The notes under the pieces are model-generated. The model made no database searches. It saw only the letters and a list, made by a program, of their open reading frames with translations, and was not told the origin of the DNA. A stretch of DNA of 38,079 nucleotides from a virus (lineage: Duplodnaviria; Caudoviricetes), in IMG/VR virus record IMGVR_UViG_3300004240_000023, positions 1 through 38,079 of that record; one strand, given 5' to 3'. A program made the position numbers and the translations under genes. Within the stretch, counting starts at the first letter, position 1; every line of letters starts with the position of its first letter. Shown here one piece after another: positions 8,313-17,526 of the stretch.

Positions 8313-11300
8313 TTACGAGTTCCTAACTGTCTGTGTGGTGCTGGTGCCTCGTTCTTTTTGCTCGCGGAGAGCCTTAGCGATTGCTTCTTCAATTTGACGA
8401 ATTGTCCCACGGTCTAGAACAGAAGCATTTACGGTCGTGTTCACAACGTTTGTTTGAGGAGCAGATGCTGGCGGTACACCAGTCATTCCGCGCGCCATAC
8501 GCTCGGCTGGAGACATTGTTGCTGTTGCGCCCAACATTGCTGGATTAACTATTCCCGTGTTCAGGAGAGCAGAAGTTTGCATCGCATTTATGGTCGGATC
8601 TGCTGACTGTTGAGCCTCAATTAGGTTGGCAAGGAATGCTGGGTCGGTTGACATTTTGCTAGTTATCATGCTCATTATTCGTGTTGCGTCAAGCGTGCCA
8701 TCTGATTTCTTGAACTGATCAAGTGCCGTATTCCCGCCCAACAAAGTTGCCAACTCCGCTGAATCAACATTTTTCAATAGACCTTCTGGTGTGGCGCCAG
8801 CATTCTTAAGTTCATTACGCAAATATTCTTTTTGCGTATCAGTAATATCTTTAAGGCTTCCTGTAGTCAACTGCTTTTCTAAAGTGGCATAAGCATTAGT
8901 TAAACCGCCAACATCGCCAAACTTGGAAACGTTGTAGTCCAACATCTGCTTAAGATATTGATCGCTTGTTGCCTCAGAAGTATCACCAGTCAAAATTCGC
9001 GCCTGCGTGGCGTTGAGCATTTTCCCTTGCTCTTTTGCTTGAGCCTTTTTGTCAAAATAACTCATCGCCTCACTGACAGCGAATGAACCTATATTTGCCC
9101 AAGCCTGTTTGATCAGACGCGCTTTTTCTTCAGCGGTTTTACCGACAAGATCCAAAACTTCTCGGAAATTCATCATCCTTTCTTTAAGATCAACTCCCGC
9201 AGCCATAGCAAGTTTGTTTAGTGATTCTGCCCCCACCCCAAAATATTTGTCCGAAATACCAACATTATTTGTGTAGTTATCTATATGTGAATTCAATTTG
9301 GCAAACTCTTCGTCATATTTCGCTACAGCCTGAGCGGCATATGCTGGATCCCCGCTTGTATTAATTAATTTCTGGCGATCCATCATCATCTTGTCGCGTG
9401 CCGCCAAAAGATCGTCAACGTTTCCACCCTCAAAACCAGCCTGAAGAGATTCTTTATATTCGTCAGCAAGATTTTTTGCGTTCTTTCTAATGTCCTTTCG
9501 CATTTTTCCTGCTTTGAGATAACCAGTTACACCTCCGATAAGCGCACCAACACCCGCACCTATAGCCGCACCAACGGCTGCACCAGGTCCTGCCCATGCC
9601 GTCAAAGCGGCACCAGCCGCGGCACCAGCCGCGGCACCACCGAGCGCTCCAGCACCAGCGGCTCCCATACGTGATTTCACAGAGTCATCATTAAATTTAC
9701 TTGCCGCATAACTTCCAAGACCGTAAGCGGCCGCGGCGCCTGCAATTGGCGCTGCGATTGCCCCAACACCAGCCGCTGTACCCGCTAAACCTGCGCTTGC
9801 GGCACCACCAGACACCAAACCACCAGCGGCAGTCACAGCACCAGATGGCAACAACATAAGCGCTGCGCCAGTTCCAGCAGCGGTAATACCAGCAACTTTT
9901 AGACCAGTTCCTTTTGCGGTGCTATATCCACCAGCCTCACTCCCCTGACCCATCAAATAACTTCCACCCATAGTCAGACCAAGCCCGCCAGCAAATTGTC
10001 CGGCTGAATAGCCCGCTGATTTCAAGAAATCTCTTGCCCTACCGAACCGCCCACCTCCCCCACCAGTCTGACCGGGGGCGCTAGGGACTGCTGAGCCATT
10101 GACGTTGACTACACCAGCCTGAACATTCATGGATCCTGTTTGTTTCATGTTTTTCCCAAACATGGTTCCAAAAACTTTGAAGAATCGTGTAGCAAGCGTA
10201 AACAATGCATATAGAGCGGCAACATTCACCAAGGCGCCAGCAACCTTGCCCAACGGACCAAGTTTTTTGAAAACATTACTTATTGTCAGGGCAGCCTTAC
10301 CGAACGCAGCAAGACCTTTGAAGAACAATTCAACGACCTTGAGCAGAATCTGTAAAGCGGGCAAAGCACCAATAAATAGTTTTCTAACAACATCGCCATA
10401 TTTACCTATAGCCACCAATGTGCTTGCAATTTGTTTTGCAAAACTTTCAATACTGCCCTTATTCTTTTCAATAGTTTCTGCAAGACTTTGCATACTCGTT
10501 GTGAAACTTGTGCCCAAAGACGAAAACAACGGTTTGAAAAAATACTCGTTGATTAACTCACCAGCGGCTTGAAACTGTCGCATCCAATCCTGCATACGGT
10601 CAAACGCATCACCGATCGCCATAAAACTATTTTTGAAGAAACCAAAAATGCTTGGAGTAGTTCCAAGGTATTTGGTCATCAATAGAATCAGTTTGTCTGC
10701 ACCTTTGTCTACGGTGTCAAGAAAACTGCCCATCTTGCCGGAAACATCAAAGTCTTGCAAAACATAACTTAAACGAGCAATAACTTTTGAAATTATTCCT
10801 TGAAGCCGACTTATTGCTCCACCAGTTTCGCCAAGATATTCTCCACCAAGATCAGTTAATTGACCCTTGATGGCGGTAACAGCCTGCTTGAACCGTCCCA
10901 TAACGGTGTTATTTAATGCATCAAGGGTGCCAGCATATTTCTCTGCAAAAGTTTCACCGAGTTTTCCTTCAGCCGCGGCTTTCAAAAACTCTTCACTTGT
11001 TTTAATTCCTAAAGCGCCTGCTTCTTTGACTATCTTTTCAAAGTCAGGACCGAGTTCTTTTGCCGCTTCTGCACCACCAGCAAGACTGCCCTTTTTTTGT
11101 ACGGCAGCCAAGAAGTCAGCAAGTTTTTGTGAGCCCTTTTCAAGATCTCCACCACTACCAGCAACGACATCCATCAAAGATGTGTACGCGGCAACAGTTT
11201 CACCAGTCACTGGTTTTACCTTGCTCAGAGTTGAGAAAGAAGCCTGTAATCCTTTAGCCCCAACTACAGCAAGTTGAGTGTTGTCAGTGAACATTGCCAA

Positions 11301-11885
11301 CGCCTGACCAGCGGCTACAAATCGGTCAGTTGTATTTACAGCACCTTTGTAGTATGCGGGCGAATTTTGAACAGCGGAAAACTCTCTTTGCGCAGCCAAG
11401 AATGTTGTGAGCGCGACGAACGCGATACCGATACTTGAAGCAAGTGTGGACATCGCCGCTTGATACATTTTCACAAAATATGTTCCTGCTTTAAAAGCAA
11501 GACTTATTCCACCTAGAGCAGCCGCCATCAATGGAAGCGAAATAAGTGAAAGTTTGTTAACAAGTTTTAAAAGCGTGCCATACGACTGAATCGCTTTACC
11601 GGCGTCTCCACGGAAATCAAAAACTTCTCCAACGAAACCTGCGTACCGAGCCCTACTTCTACTAGAGCCACCTCGTCCACCCCGTCCGCCACGACCGCCA
11701 CGACCGCCACGACCACCGTCGTCATCCCCACCGCCCCCGCCACCGCCACTACGGCGACCCCGCTCTACCTCGCGGTTATATCGTCGTTGAGCATTTGTAA
11801 GACGTTCAAGTGCTTCACGGGTAGCCTCAATCGTCGCGATATCGGAGTTGACCTCAATATCAATTACAACGCGCTCGGCTGGCAT
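8313..11885 (-). CDS. Tape measure protein
   Basis: 1190 aa, Ala/Gly-rich helical sequence with hydrophobic stretches, downstream of tube and chaperone. Confidence 0.9.
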   Translation of the reverse strand: MPAERVVIDIEVNSDIATIEATREALERLTNAQRRYNREVERGRRSGGGGGGGDDDGGRGGRGGRGGRGGRGGSSRSRARYAGFVGEVFDFRGDAGKAIQSYGTLLKLVNKLSLISLPLMAAALGGISLAFKAGTYFVKMYQAAMSTLASSIGIAFVALTTFLAAQREFSAVQNSPAYYKGAVNTTDRFVAAGQALAMFTDNTQLAVVGAKGLQASFSTLSKVKPVTGETVAAYTSLMDVVAGSGGDLEKGSQKLADFLAAVQKKGSLAGGAEAAKELGPDFEKIVKEAGALGIKTSEEFLKAAAEGKLGETFAEKYAGTLDALNNTVMGRFKQAVTAIKGQLTDLGGEYLGETGGAISRLQGIISKVIARLSYVLQDFDVSGKMGSFLDTVDKGADKLILLMTKYLGTTPSIFGFFKNSFMAIGDAFDRMQDWMRQFQAAGELINEYFFKPLFSSLGTSFTTSMQSLAETIEKNKGSIESFAKQIASTLVAIGKYGDVVRKLFIGALPALQILLKVVELFFKGLAAFGKAALTISNVFKKLGPLGKVAGALVNVAALYALFTLATRFFKVFGTMFGKNMKQTGSMNVQAGVVNVNGSAVPSAPGQTGGGGGRFGRARDFLKSAGYSAGQFAGGLGLTMGGSYLMGQGSEAGGYSTAKGTGLKVAGITAAGTGAALMLLPSGAVTAAGGLVSGGAASAGLAGTAAGVGAIAAPIAGAAAAYGLGSYAASKFNDDSVKSRMGAAGAGALGGAAAGAAAGAALTAWAGPGAAVGAAIGAGVGALIGGVTGYLKAGKMRKDIRKNAKNLADEYKESLQAGFEGGNVDDLLAARDKMMMDRQKLINTSGDPAYAAQAVAKYDEEFAKLNSHIDNYTNNVGISDKYFGVGAESLNKLAMAAGVDLKERMMNFREVLDLVGKTAEEKARLIKQAWANIGSFAVSEAMSYFDKKAQAKEQGKMLNATQARILTGDTSEATSDQYLKQMLDYNVSKFGDVGGLTNAYATLEKQLTTGSLKDITDTQKEYLRNELKNAGATPEGLLKNVDSAELATLLGGNTALDQFKKSDGTLDATRIMSMITSKMSTDPAFLANLIEAQQSADPTINAMQTSALLNTGIVNPAMLGATATMSPAERMARGMTGVPPASAPQTNVVNTTVNASVLDRGTIRQIEEAIAKALREQKERGTSTTQTVRNS
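11668..11760 (-). repeat. Gly/Arg low-complexity tract with 9-bp repeats encoding (RGG)5
   Basis: ccacgaccg-type tandem units on +; protein RRSGGGGGGGDDDGGRGGRGGRGGRGGRGG. Confidence 0.85.
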
Positions 11886-11932
11886 ACATCCATCTCCGTT
11901 TTAAGGGTTATGAATATGAGCGCTCCAGCAAA

Positions 11933-12133
11933 TTAACGGCTATTACGCCGTGCTTCTGCTTCCTGTTTTTCTCTATCCGTCTGTATAACTTTAGCACAAG
12001 CAAGACGGATGACCCATTCTTCTTGAGTGCTATCCAACAATCTGATTGGATCTGTTTTGAAGAGGTCTCCAAGCCTCGCCGCTAAAACAATGCGGAAATC
12101 GTCCGTTAACTCTCGGAAGACCTCTTCGTAGGG
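11933..12133 (-). CDS. Tail assembly chaperone C-terminal extension (gpGT-type, reached by -1 frameshift); absent from the ORF track
   Basis: -1 frame open for 66 codons (PYEEVFRELTDDFRIVLAARLGDLFKTDPIRLLDSTQEEWVIRLACAKVIQTDREKQEAEARRNSR*), no ATG, overlaps the chaperone end. Confidence 0.75.
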   Translation of the reverse strand, partial: PYEEVFRELTDDFRIVLAARLGDLFKTDPIRLLDSTQEEWVIRLACAKVIQTDREKQEAEARRNSR

Positions 12134-12654
12134 TCCAACGCGTCAACCGTGTCCCCGTAGCCAGCAGCCTCAATAATCGCAACAGCCGCGGCTTCAACAT
12201 GAGGTTCAAGACCGAAAAATGCTAAAACACAATCAGGGTGTGGACGCGAGGTATTTGTCATCGCCATAATTTCAGGTGACGCAAAAGTTACTTCAACACC
12301 ATTGCTGTCAGTAGCAACTTCATCATTCAATAAGATTCCCGTTGTAGTAGCGGCAATCAAATTTGTAGAAAACTTGAGGGTATCCATACCACCCTTGCGC
12401 TCTTCGCCAGCATTGCGACGCCAAGACTTCAGTTGCTGTTGGGTGATATTTGGTGATACACGAATCATTACACCGGGTCGCTCTGGGATCGGAATGTAAA
12501 CATCGGCACGGCGAACCTTGTCCTGAATCACTTTCTTCAAACTGTCCAAAACATTGTCTGGCTCAGCAGTAGGGTTATCTACGCGACGTGTCATTGGCGC
12601 TGTTGAAGTGGGGAAATCTGAACTATCTTCTGAGTTGAATTGAATGTTGGTCAT
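12106..12654 (-). CDS. Tail assembly chaperone (gpG-type)
   Basis: Between tube and tape measure; ends ...DPTKRSSES; start set to ATG 12654. Confidence 0.75.
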   Translation of the reverse strand: MTNIQFNSEDSSDFPTSTAPMTRRVDNPTAEPDNVLDSLKKVIQDKVRRADVYIPIPERPGVMIRVSPNITQQQLKSWRRNAGEERKGGMDTLKFSTNLIAATTTGILLNDEVATDSNGVEVTFASPEIMAMTNTSRPHPDCVLAFFGLEPHVEAAAVAIIEAAGYGDTVDALDPTKRSSES

Positions 12655-12661
12655 ACGCGCA

Positions 12662-12670
12662 ACACTAACA
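12662..12670 (-). promoter_or_regulatory. Extended -10 TGTTAGTGT, probable leaderless transcript
   Basis: TGn-TANNNT ends 7 nt before ATG 12654; no SD. Confidence 0.45.
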
Positions 12671-12710
12671 CGGCTCAAACTGTCAAAATGCAACCCCTAA
12701 ATCAGGGAAA

Positions 12711-13190
12711 TTATTGTTGTGGCGAGTTGCCTACAGAAACAGTTGCGACGCTAAATGTGAGGGTGAAAGTTGCTGGTGTTCCCGAAGTGGCGTCACCATC
12801 TGGCTCGGTCAAGCCAACAAGTAGAGCGTTGGTGTACTGACGATCCGCACCCGGTACTGCGATGTCGCAGTCAAACACATGAACATCAATGTCATAACGG
12901 ACACGACCAACAAGTGGACGCAAAGCCTGAATTTTCTGCATGAACGCTGTATCTGTTGATACATAGCCTGTTACTGTGATGTCACCAATCTCCATAGGAG
13001 CACAAAGTGTTTCAGAGAAGAGGTCGCCACCATGGTAAACCTTTTCTACCGACGCTGTGATTTCCCCACCCGAGATTTGGGTGAAGTAATCAGGGAATGT
13101 CGGAAGACCAGTTGTGCCTTGGGATGGGGTGATCTTGCCAACAATTTGGCGTTGTGTAGCAAGATTCTTGAACAGTGTTGGACGAGCCAT
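12711..13190 (-). CDS. Tail tube protein
   Basis: 159 aa after sheath; FTQISGGEITA...GDITVT...PDGDATSG..ATFTLTF. Confidence 0.85.
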   Translation of the reverse strand: MARPTLFKNLATQRQIVGKITPSQGTTGLPTFPDYFTQISGGEITASVEKVYHGGDLFSETLCAPMEIGDITVTGYVSTDTAFMQKIQALRPLVGRVRYDIDVHVFDCDIAVPGADRQYTNALLVGLTEPDGDATSGTPATFTLTFSVATVSVGNSPQQ

Positions 13191-13201
13191 TTATTCCTCC
13201 G

Positions 13202-14668
13202 TTATGCCAAAGCAGTTGTTAGATTTGACTTGATGAGATCAACTTCAATCTTGTCGCCAACACTGGAGACGCGAACACCAAGTCTTGCCTTGACTGTTCC
13301 TTCTTCAAGTTGTGAAAGAGGGTTGAGGGATGCATCACACTTGATTGTGTAACCATAATCAAGGCGACGACCATCAGCGGCGAAACCTTCGTAGAAACCA
13401 CCGTTAATTCGGATTGGTTCAACAACCGACTGAATTGCGTTGATGATATTTGCGTAGAGAGTGCTTCGTCCGTCAATAGTTGAGAACACAAGATCCTCAA
13501 GACGCTTCTCAGCCTCTGTAGCGATGTAGTTGATGGTGTCGCGAGCGGTAATGAAGCGCCACTGTGCGGTTACTGAAGAGTGTGAGCGTGCACCATAGAT
13601 GCGAACACGACCGTTAACAACACGAAGTGGGTTGACATATGAAGCGTCGCAAAGGTCTGCCTCGCCTCGGCTTACTGGCAAAGTTAAACCGCTAACAAAA
13701 TTAGCCTCTGATGCGACTCCTGCATAAGCCTTCCACGGACCTGCTGCGTTGTGGGTTCGTGAACGGACAGCGGCTACATATGCTTCTGGTGGTACATCAA
13801 CAGTTACGGTTCCGTTCGGGATTTGCACCCAAGGGTGGTAGAAAGCCATATGTTCGTGGTACAAGGTGCCTGTATATCCAGTGGATGCTGAACGAGCCTG
13901 AGCGAGTGTTGCCGATGAGGCAAAACCGCAGAGCGCAATGCGATTATAAGAAGCCGCATGTGTGCGAAGTGCATCGTAAAATGCGGTATCAGATGAGCCA
14001 GTTGCTACACCCGGTGCTGCCACACAGCCAGAACCAAGATCTTCGGTGAAAAGGCTGAATGCTGAAATGAAATCTGATTTTGCCACAGTTCCGTCAGCAC
14101 CGTTAGATGGCGAACCTGCACTCGCTGTCTTGAGTAGGTGTGATGCATCAGCGCCAGAGGTAAGGGCTGCGGTGACATAATTGGCGAGAGTTGCATCAAA
14201 GTTGACAGCCTGAATCAATTCGGTTAGATTTGTGTAACCAGAACCATCAAAAATTTCTTCTCCACCGTAGGTGATGTACACATCAAAATCTGTTGTGTTG
14301 TTTGTGACGGTGAACTCAAGATCGTTTGCCCAAACACCTTTGCTAACAGCAGTGAAAGTTACGCCAGGACCATCGCCAGTTGCGGTGACGAACGCTTTTG
14401 TTCCAGCAACACCAGCAGAAGCATTCACTTTTACGAAGTAAGCCTGAACGCCACCCTCTTCAAAGAAGGTCTTCATTGAATACCACGAATATGAGCCAGT
14501 TACATGACCACCAAATTTGGTTTCAAAATCTTCTAGAGAAGTAACAGAAACTGCTTCCGAACCGATACCACGCTCAGCGGTGCCAAGAAGAAAGAATGTT
14601 GCTGCGGGGGCGGTTCCGATGTTAATCGCGCCTGTACGAACTGCTGTTGAAATTGTTACGCCGGGCAT
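13202..14668 (-). CDS. Contractile tail sheath protein
   Basis: MPGVTIST, FFEEGG, AFYHPW, VPPEAYVAA, VNPLR...RIYGARS...WRFI motifs; GGAGG SD. Confidence 0.95.
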   Translation of the reverse strand: MPGVTISTAVRTGAINIGTAPAATFFLLGTAERGIGSEAVSVTSLEDFETKFGGHVTGSYSWYSMKTFFEEGGVQAYFVKVNASAGVAGTKAFVTATGDGPGVTFTAVSKGVWANDLEFTVTNNTTDFDVYITYGGEEIFDGSGYTNLTELIQAVNFDATLANYVTAALTSGADASHLLKTASAGSPSNGADGTVAKSDFISAFSLFTEDLGSGCVAAPGVATGSSDTAFYDALRTHAASYNRIALCGFASSATLAQARSASTGYTGTLYHEHMAFYHPWVQIPNGTVTVDVPPEAYVAAVRSRTHNAAGPWKAYAGVASEANFVSGLTLPVSRGEADLCDASYVNPLRVVNGRVRIYGARSHSSVTAQWRFITARDTINYIATEAEKRLEDLVFSTIDGRSTLYANIINAIQSVVEPIRINGGFYEGFAADGRRLDYGYTIKCDASLNPLSQLEEGTVKARLGVRVSSVGDKIEVDLIKSNLTTALA

Positions 14669-14709
14669 CTAGCACCCTCCATTTGAGTTGAAGAAATTTC
14701 CGTAAAACG

Positions 14710-14720
14710 AGTATACATTA
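14710..14720 (-). promoter_or_regulatory. Candidate phage promoter TAATGTATACT
   Basis: TRATGTANNNT copy about 42 nt upstream of sheath ATG. Confidence 0.5.
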
Positions 14721-14721
14721 C

Positions 14722-15090
14722 TTAAACTGTCTCAACAGAAACTTCATTATTTGGTTGTGTTGATTCTTTTACTTCTTTTTTATTATCATCGGCAACAACT
14801 GGACTTTCGGTGACCGAATTGGTGGATGCTTCCTCTGCTACTGCGGGTGAAGATTTCTTTTTTTTTGGAGTTTCAGCAGGTGCAGACTCGGATGAGAGAG
14901 TTATTTGTCCTTCTAAAACCTCTAGTAAACCTTGCTCAATCAGGGAGATCACTTCGGCGGTTTCCTGAACCCAAGCGGCGGTCTGCCCCTGAAGCAGGTG
15001 TCCTTCTTCGGAGACATCAAGATATCCATTGGTTTTATTCCAAACCCTCAATGCGCCTTTAAAACCCACTTTTTCGTAACTTGGTTCCAT
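14722..15090 (-). CDS. Hypothetical protein with low-complexity C-terminus
   Basis: TAATG coupling to upstream gene; typical small gene before sheath. Confidence 0.7.
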   Translation of the reverse strand: MEPSYEKVGFKGALRVWNKTNGYLDVSEEGHLLQGQTAAWVQETAEVISLIEQGLLEVLEGQITLSSESAPAETPKKKKSSPAVAEEASTNSVTESPVVADDNKKEVKESTQPNNEVSVETV

Positions 15091-15701
15091 TAATACTGTT
15101 CCTCTGTGTTTCGCATGTTATAACTTTCAATGTCATAACCAGTTATTGCGGCAATTTGATCTCTGTAAATTACTTCGTTCAATATTAAATCATAGCCTAA
15201 ATATGCTCCCGCTAATACGCGGTCACCCTTTATGAGTGTTAAATCAGAAAATTCCTCACGAATTGACGATTCTTCAACCATCACCTCGGCGTCATAAGAG
15301 GCGTCATACCTTGTCAAACATGGTTTATCCATCAGGGCTGAACGAACAACAGTTGTCAACCTATCTCGCATTAATGTCACTTCTTCGGAACCCTCGGTTT
15401 TTGTCCACACATACGTTCGCATGCTGTAAGTAACCCGATACATCGGATCGCCCTGACGACCCTGCATCATGCGCTCAAACGGAGAAGTAGCCAAACATAC
15501 CGTGATAATTGTCGGCCAGTGATCAAGAGCAATCGGTTCGTAGGTAAGGAAAAACTCTGGTGTTGGCAATTCCTTTGAATCCAAATTCCAACCAGAACGA
15601 TAACGATTAATTCTATTTGGCAAATCACTAATCAGATAGTTGTTGACATAGTATTTAGCCCATTGTGCGCCATGCATTAAATCTGTTACAGGTGTAGCCA
15701 T
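15090..15701 (-). CDS. Putative tail terminator / completion protein
   Basis: Position between morphogenesis gene and sheath; size 203 aa. Confidence 0.55.
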   Translation of the reverse strand: MATPVTDLMHGAQWAKYYVNNYLISDLPNRINRYRSGWNLDSKELPTPEFFLTYEPIALDHWPTIITVCLATSPFERMMQGRQGDPMYRVTYSMRTYVWTKTEGSEEVTLMRDRLTTVVRSALMDKPCLTRYDASYDAEVMVEESSIREEFSDLTLIKGDRVLAGAYLGYDLILNEVIYRDQIAAITGYDIESYNMRNTEEQY

Positions 15702-16166
15702 TTATCGCACTCTTCCGTCGGTTACGTAATCAGCCGCAATTATTGCGAGCCTCTCGGCAAAACCAGTTGGCTCATAAATAATTTGGCGTTTTGCCATTTT
15801 TGTTGTTCCATACTGATGAAACTTTGCATACTCAACATCAGTACCAAAAGTAGCCTTTGTTAAACCAATGCTGTTAGCAGGACCGTCAAGAGAACGAAGT
15901 TCGCGAAACAGTTTCCCCGACATTACCAAAGTTGGAGCACCCGGAAATCTTGTTGCCTTCCACGCCGCATAACGCGGTTTTAGTGGTGACCAGCCACCAA
16001 CAGGTAAACCATTAGCGGCAAAGTTTGCGGCATTTGCTCGTTCTAGTTCGCGCTTAGCCCATTTGAATACTGGACGAAAATCCTTTGAACGCCTCTCCAT
16101 TGCTCGCATTCTTGATATAGCACGACGAGCGTCAATCTTTATTTTTATCTTTAGATCGCTAGCCAT
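15702..16166 (-). CDS. Virion morphogenesis protein (Mu gpG / P2 gpS-like)
   Basis: WSPLKPRY...LVMSGKL...GTDVEYAKFHQYGT.KMAKR motif. Confidence 0.85.
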   Translation of the reverse strand: MASDLKIKIKIDARRAISRMRAMERRSKDFRPVFKWAKRELERANAANFAANGLPVGGWSPLKPRYAAWKATRFPGAPTLVMSGKLFRELRSLDGPANSIGLTKATFGTDVEYAKFHQYGTTKMAKRQIIYEPTGFAERLAIIAADYVTDGRVR

Positions 16167-16168
16167 AA

Positions 16169-17044
16169 TTAGCCGATCCTATTTCTGCGCCACCGTTTCA
16201 CAGACATCAATTCTTTTTCCAAGAAACCAGTTTCCTGAAGAGCAACCTCACGCGCGCCAAGATCTTTAATACCTACAACATCATCGTGCATATTTTGAAC
16301 CTCGCGAGCAGCGGCGCGAAGAATAAGGAGTTTAAACATCGGTATTCCGTCGCCAGCAAGACCAGCAGTATATGTGATCGTCACATTGTCGTTTGCGTAT
16401 CCGCGATAAAAATCTATGCCATATTTGCGAACCGTATAGTCGTATCCTGTAGCGACTGCGGTTCCCGCTTGGGTAAATGTTCCTGTTGTTAAACCGCTTG
16501 CGGAAACAACAAAAGTTGAAGCAGTTACAGAAGTTACAACCTTAGAAGAAACATTTAGTTGAGAGTTGCTCATTCCTGTTACAGTTGCCGATTGACCAAC
16601 AGTAAAACCATGGTTGGATGCCGTATATGTAATTGTTGAACTAGTCACAACGGCAGAAGAAACAGATGCAGATCGCTTTAATGCTTCACCAAGAACTTGG
16701 TTGTTCGTGGAAAGATTACTTATCGTTACACTCTGCACAGAGATAACGGGGGAATTGTTTAAATAGATTGTTGGTGGTGGTGTCCCATAAGTGATAATGC
16801 CAGCAGGGTCAACGTCTGTTGCATTATAAACATCATTGAATAGACTTGAACTCATTGGTAGACCAACATGATCTGACTCAAGAACATGGGTTTCTGTGAA
16901 CGAATCAACTTCAATTGGTCGGCGTAAGTAAGTTTCCAATTCGCTTTGTAGACCGTCAATAACAAATTGAGCAGCGTCTTCTTGTCTATTAGAAAAACTT
17001 ATATCCATGTAAGTCTTTAGTTCAGAAACCGTCACTAAAGCCAT
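16169..17044 (-). CDS. Head-tail adaptor with inserted HGF-motif beta domain
   Basis: MALVTVSELKTYM, ELETYLRR, PVISVQSV, VTITYTAG motifs. Confidence 0.75.
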   Translation of the reverse strand: MALVTVSELKTYMDISFSNRQEDAAQFVIDGLQSELETYLRRPIEVDSFTETHVLESDHVGLPMSSSLFNDVYNATDVDPAGIITYGTPPPTIYLNNSPVISVQSVTISNLSTNNQVLGEALKRSASVSSAVVTSSTITYTASNHGFTVGQSATVTGMSNSQLNVSSKVVTSVTASTFVVSASGLTTGTFTQAGTAVATGYDYTVRKYGIDFYRGYANDNVTITYTAGLAGDGIPMFKLLILRAAAREVQNMHDDVVGIKDLGAREVALQETGFLEKELMSVKRWRRNRIG

Positions 17045-17060
17045 CGGTTACCTCCGATTA

Positions 17061-17468
17061 TTAGCGACGACGAGTACGGCGTCTTTCAAGCCTGTTCGCG
17101 ATACCTCTAGCAACACGGGCAAGCGCACCTCGTACACCGCCACGACGAGTTGCCCCTTGAGTGGCGCGTGGAGTCACGTTTCGTGGGTTTCCAGCATTAC
17201 GACCAGCACGACCAGCGCCTCGCGCTGTTCTTTCAGCGGCACGACCACGGCGAGCGGCGTTACGGGCACCAGCAACTGCACCTCGTCGTTGGCGCCTAGC
17301 GGCGTTTAATTCTGCTTGACGACGGCGATAGTAACGGGCGTTGCCCGGCACGCTACGACCGCCCACACGGCGAGGGCGACGAATGAAACGGGCGCGACGT
17401 ACAACATTTCCACCTGTGTCAACATCTGTGCGGAATTCAACATCTTCCGTCATTCTTGGTCGTGGCAT
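17061..17468 (-). CDS. Arg-rich protamine-like basic protein
   Basis: About 41 Arg in 135 aa, no Lys; AGGAG SD and its own extended -10. Confidence 0.8.
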   Translation of the reverse strand: MPRPRMTEDVEFRTDVDTGGNVVRRARFIRRPRRVGGRSVPGNARYYRRRQAELNAARRQRRGAVAGARNAARRGRAAERTARGAGRAGRNAGNPRNVTPRATQGATRRGGVRGALARVARGIANRLERRRTRRR

Positions 17469-17496
17469 GAGTACTCTCCTAAAAAGGGCTACTCGG

Positions 17497-17505
17497 ATTT
17501 TACCA
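17497..17505 (-). promoter_or_regulatory. Extended -10 TGGTAAAAT
   Basis: TGn-TAAAAT about 28 nt upstream of ATG 17468. Confidence 0.55.
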
Positions 17506-17526
17506 CATATGAACTATCGGCAATAT

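Noticed and set aside
4353-14668. Bacterial contractile injection system or tailocin
   Set aside because: Terminase, portal, protease and head-tail adaptor are present, so this is a phage tail
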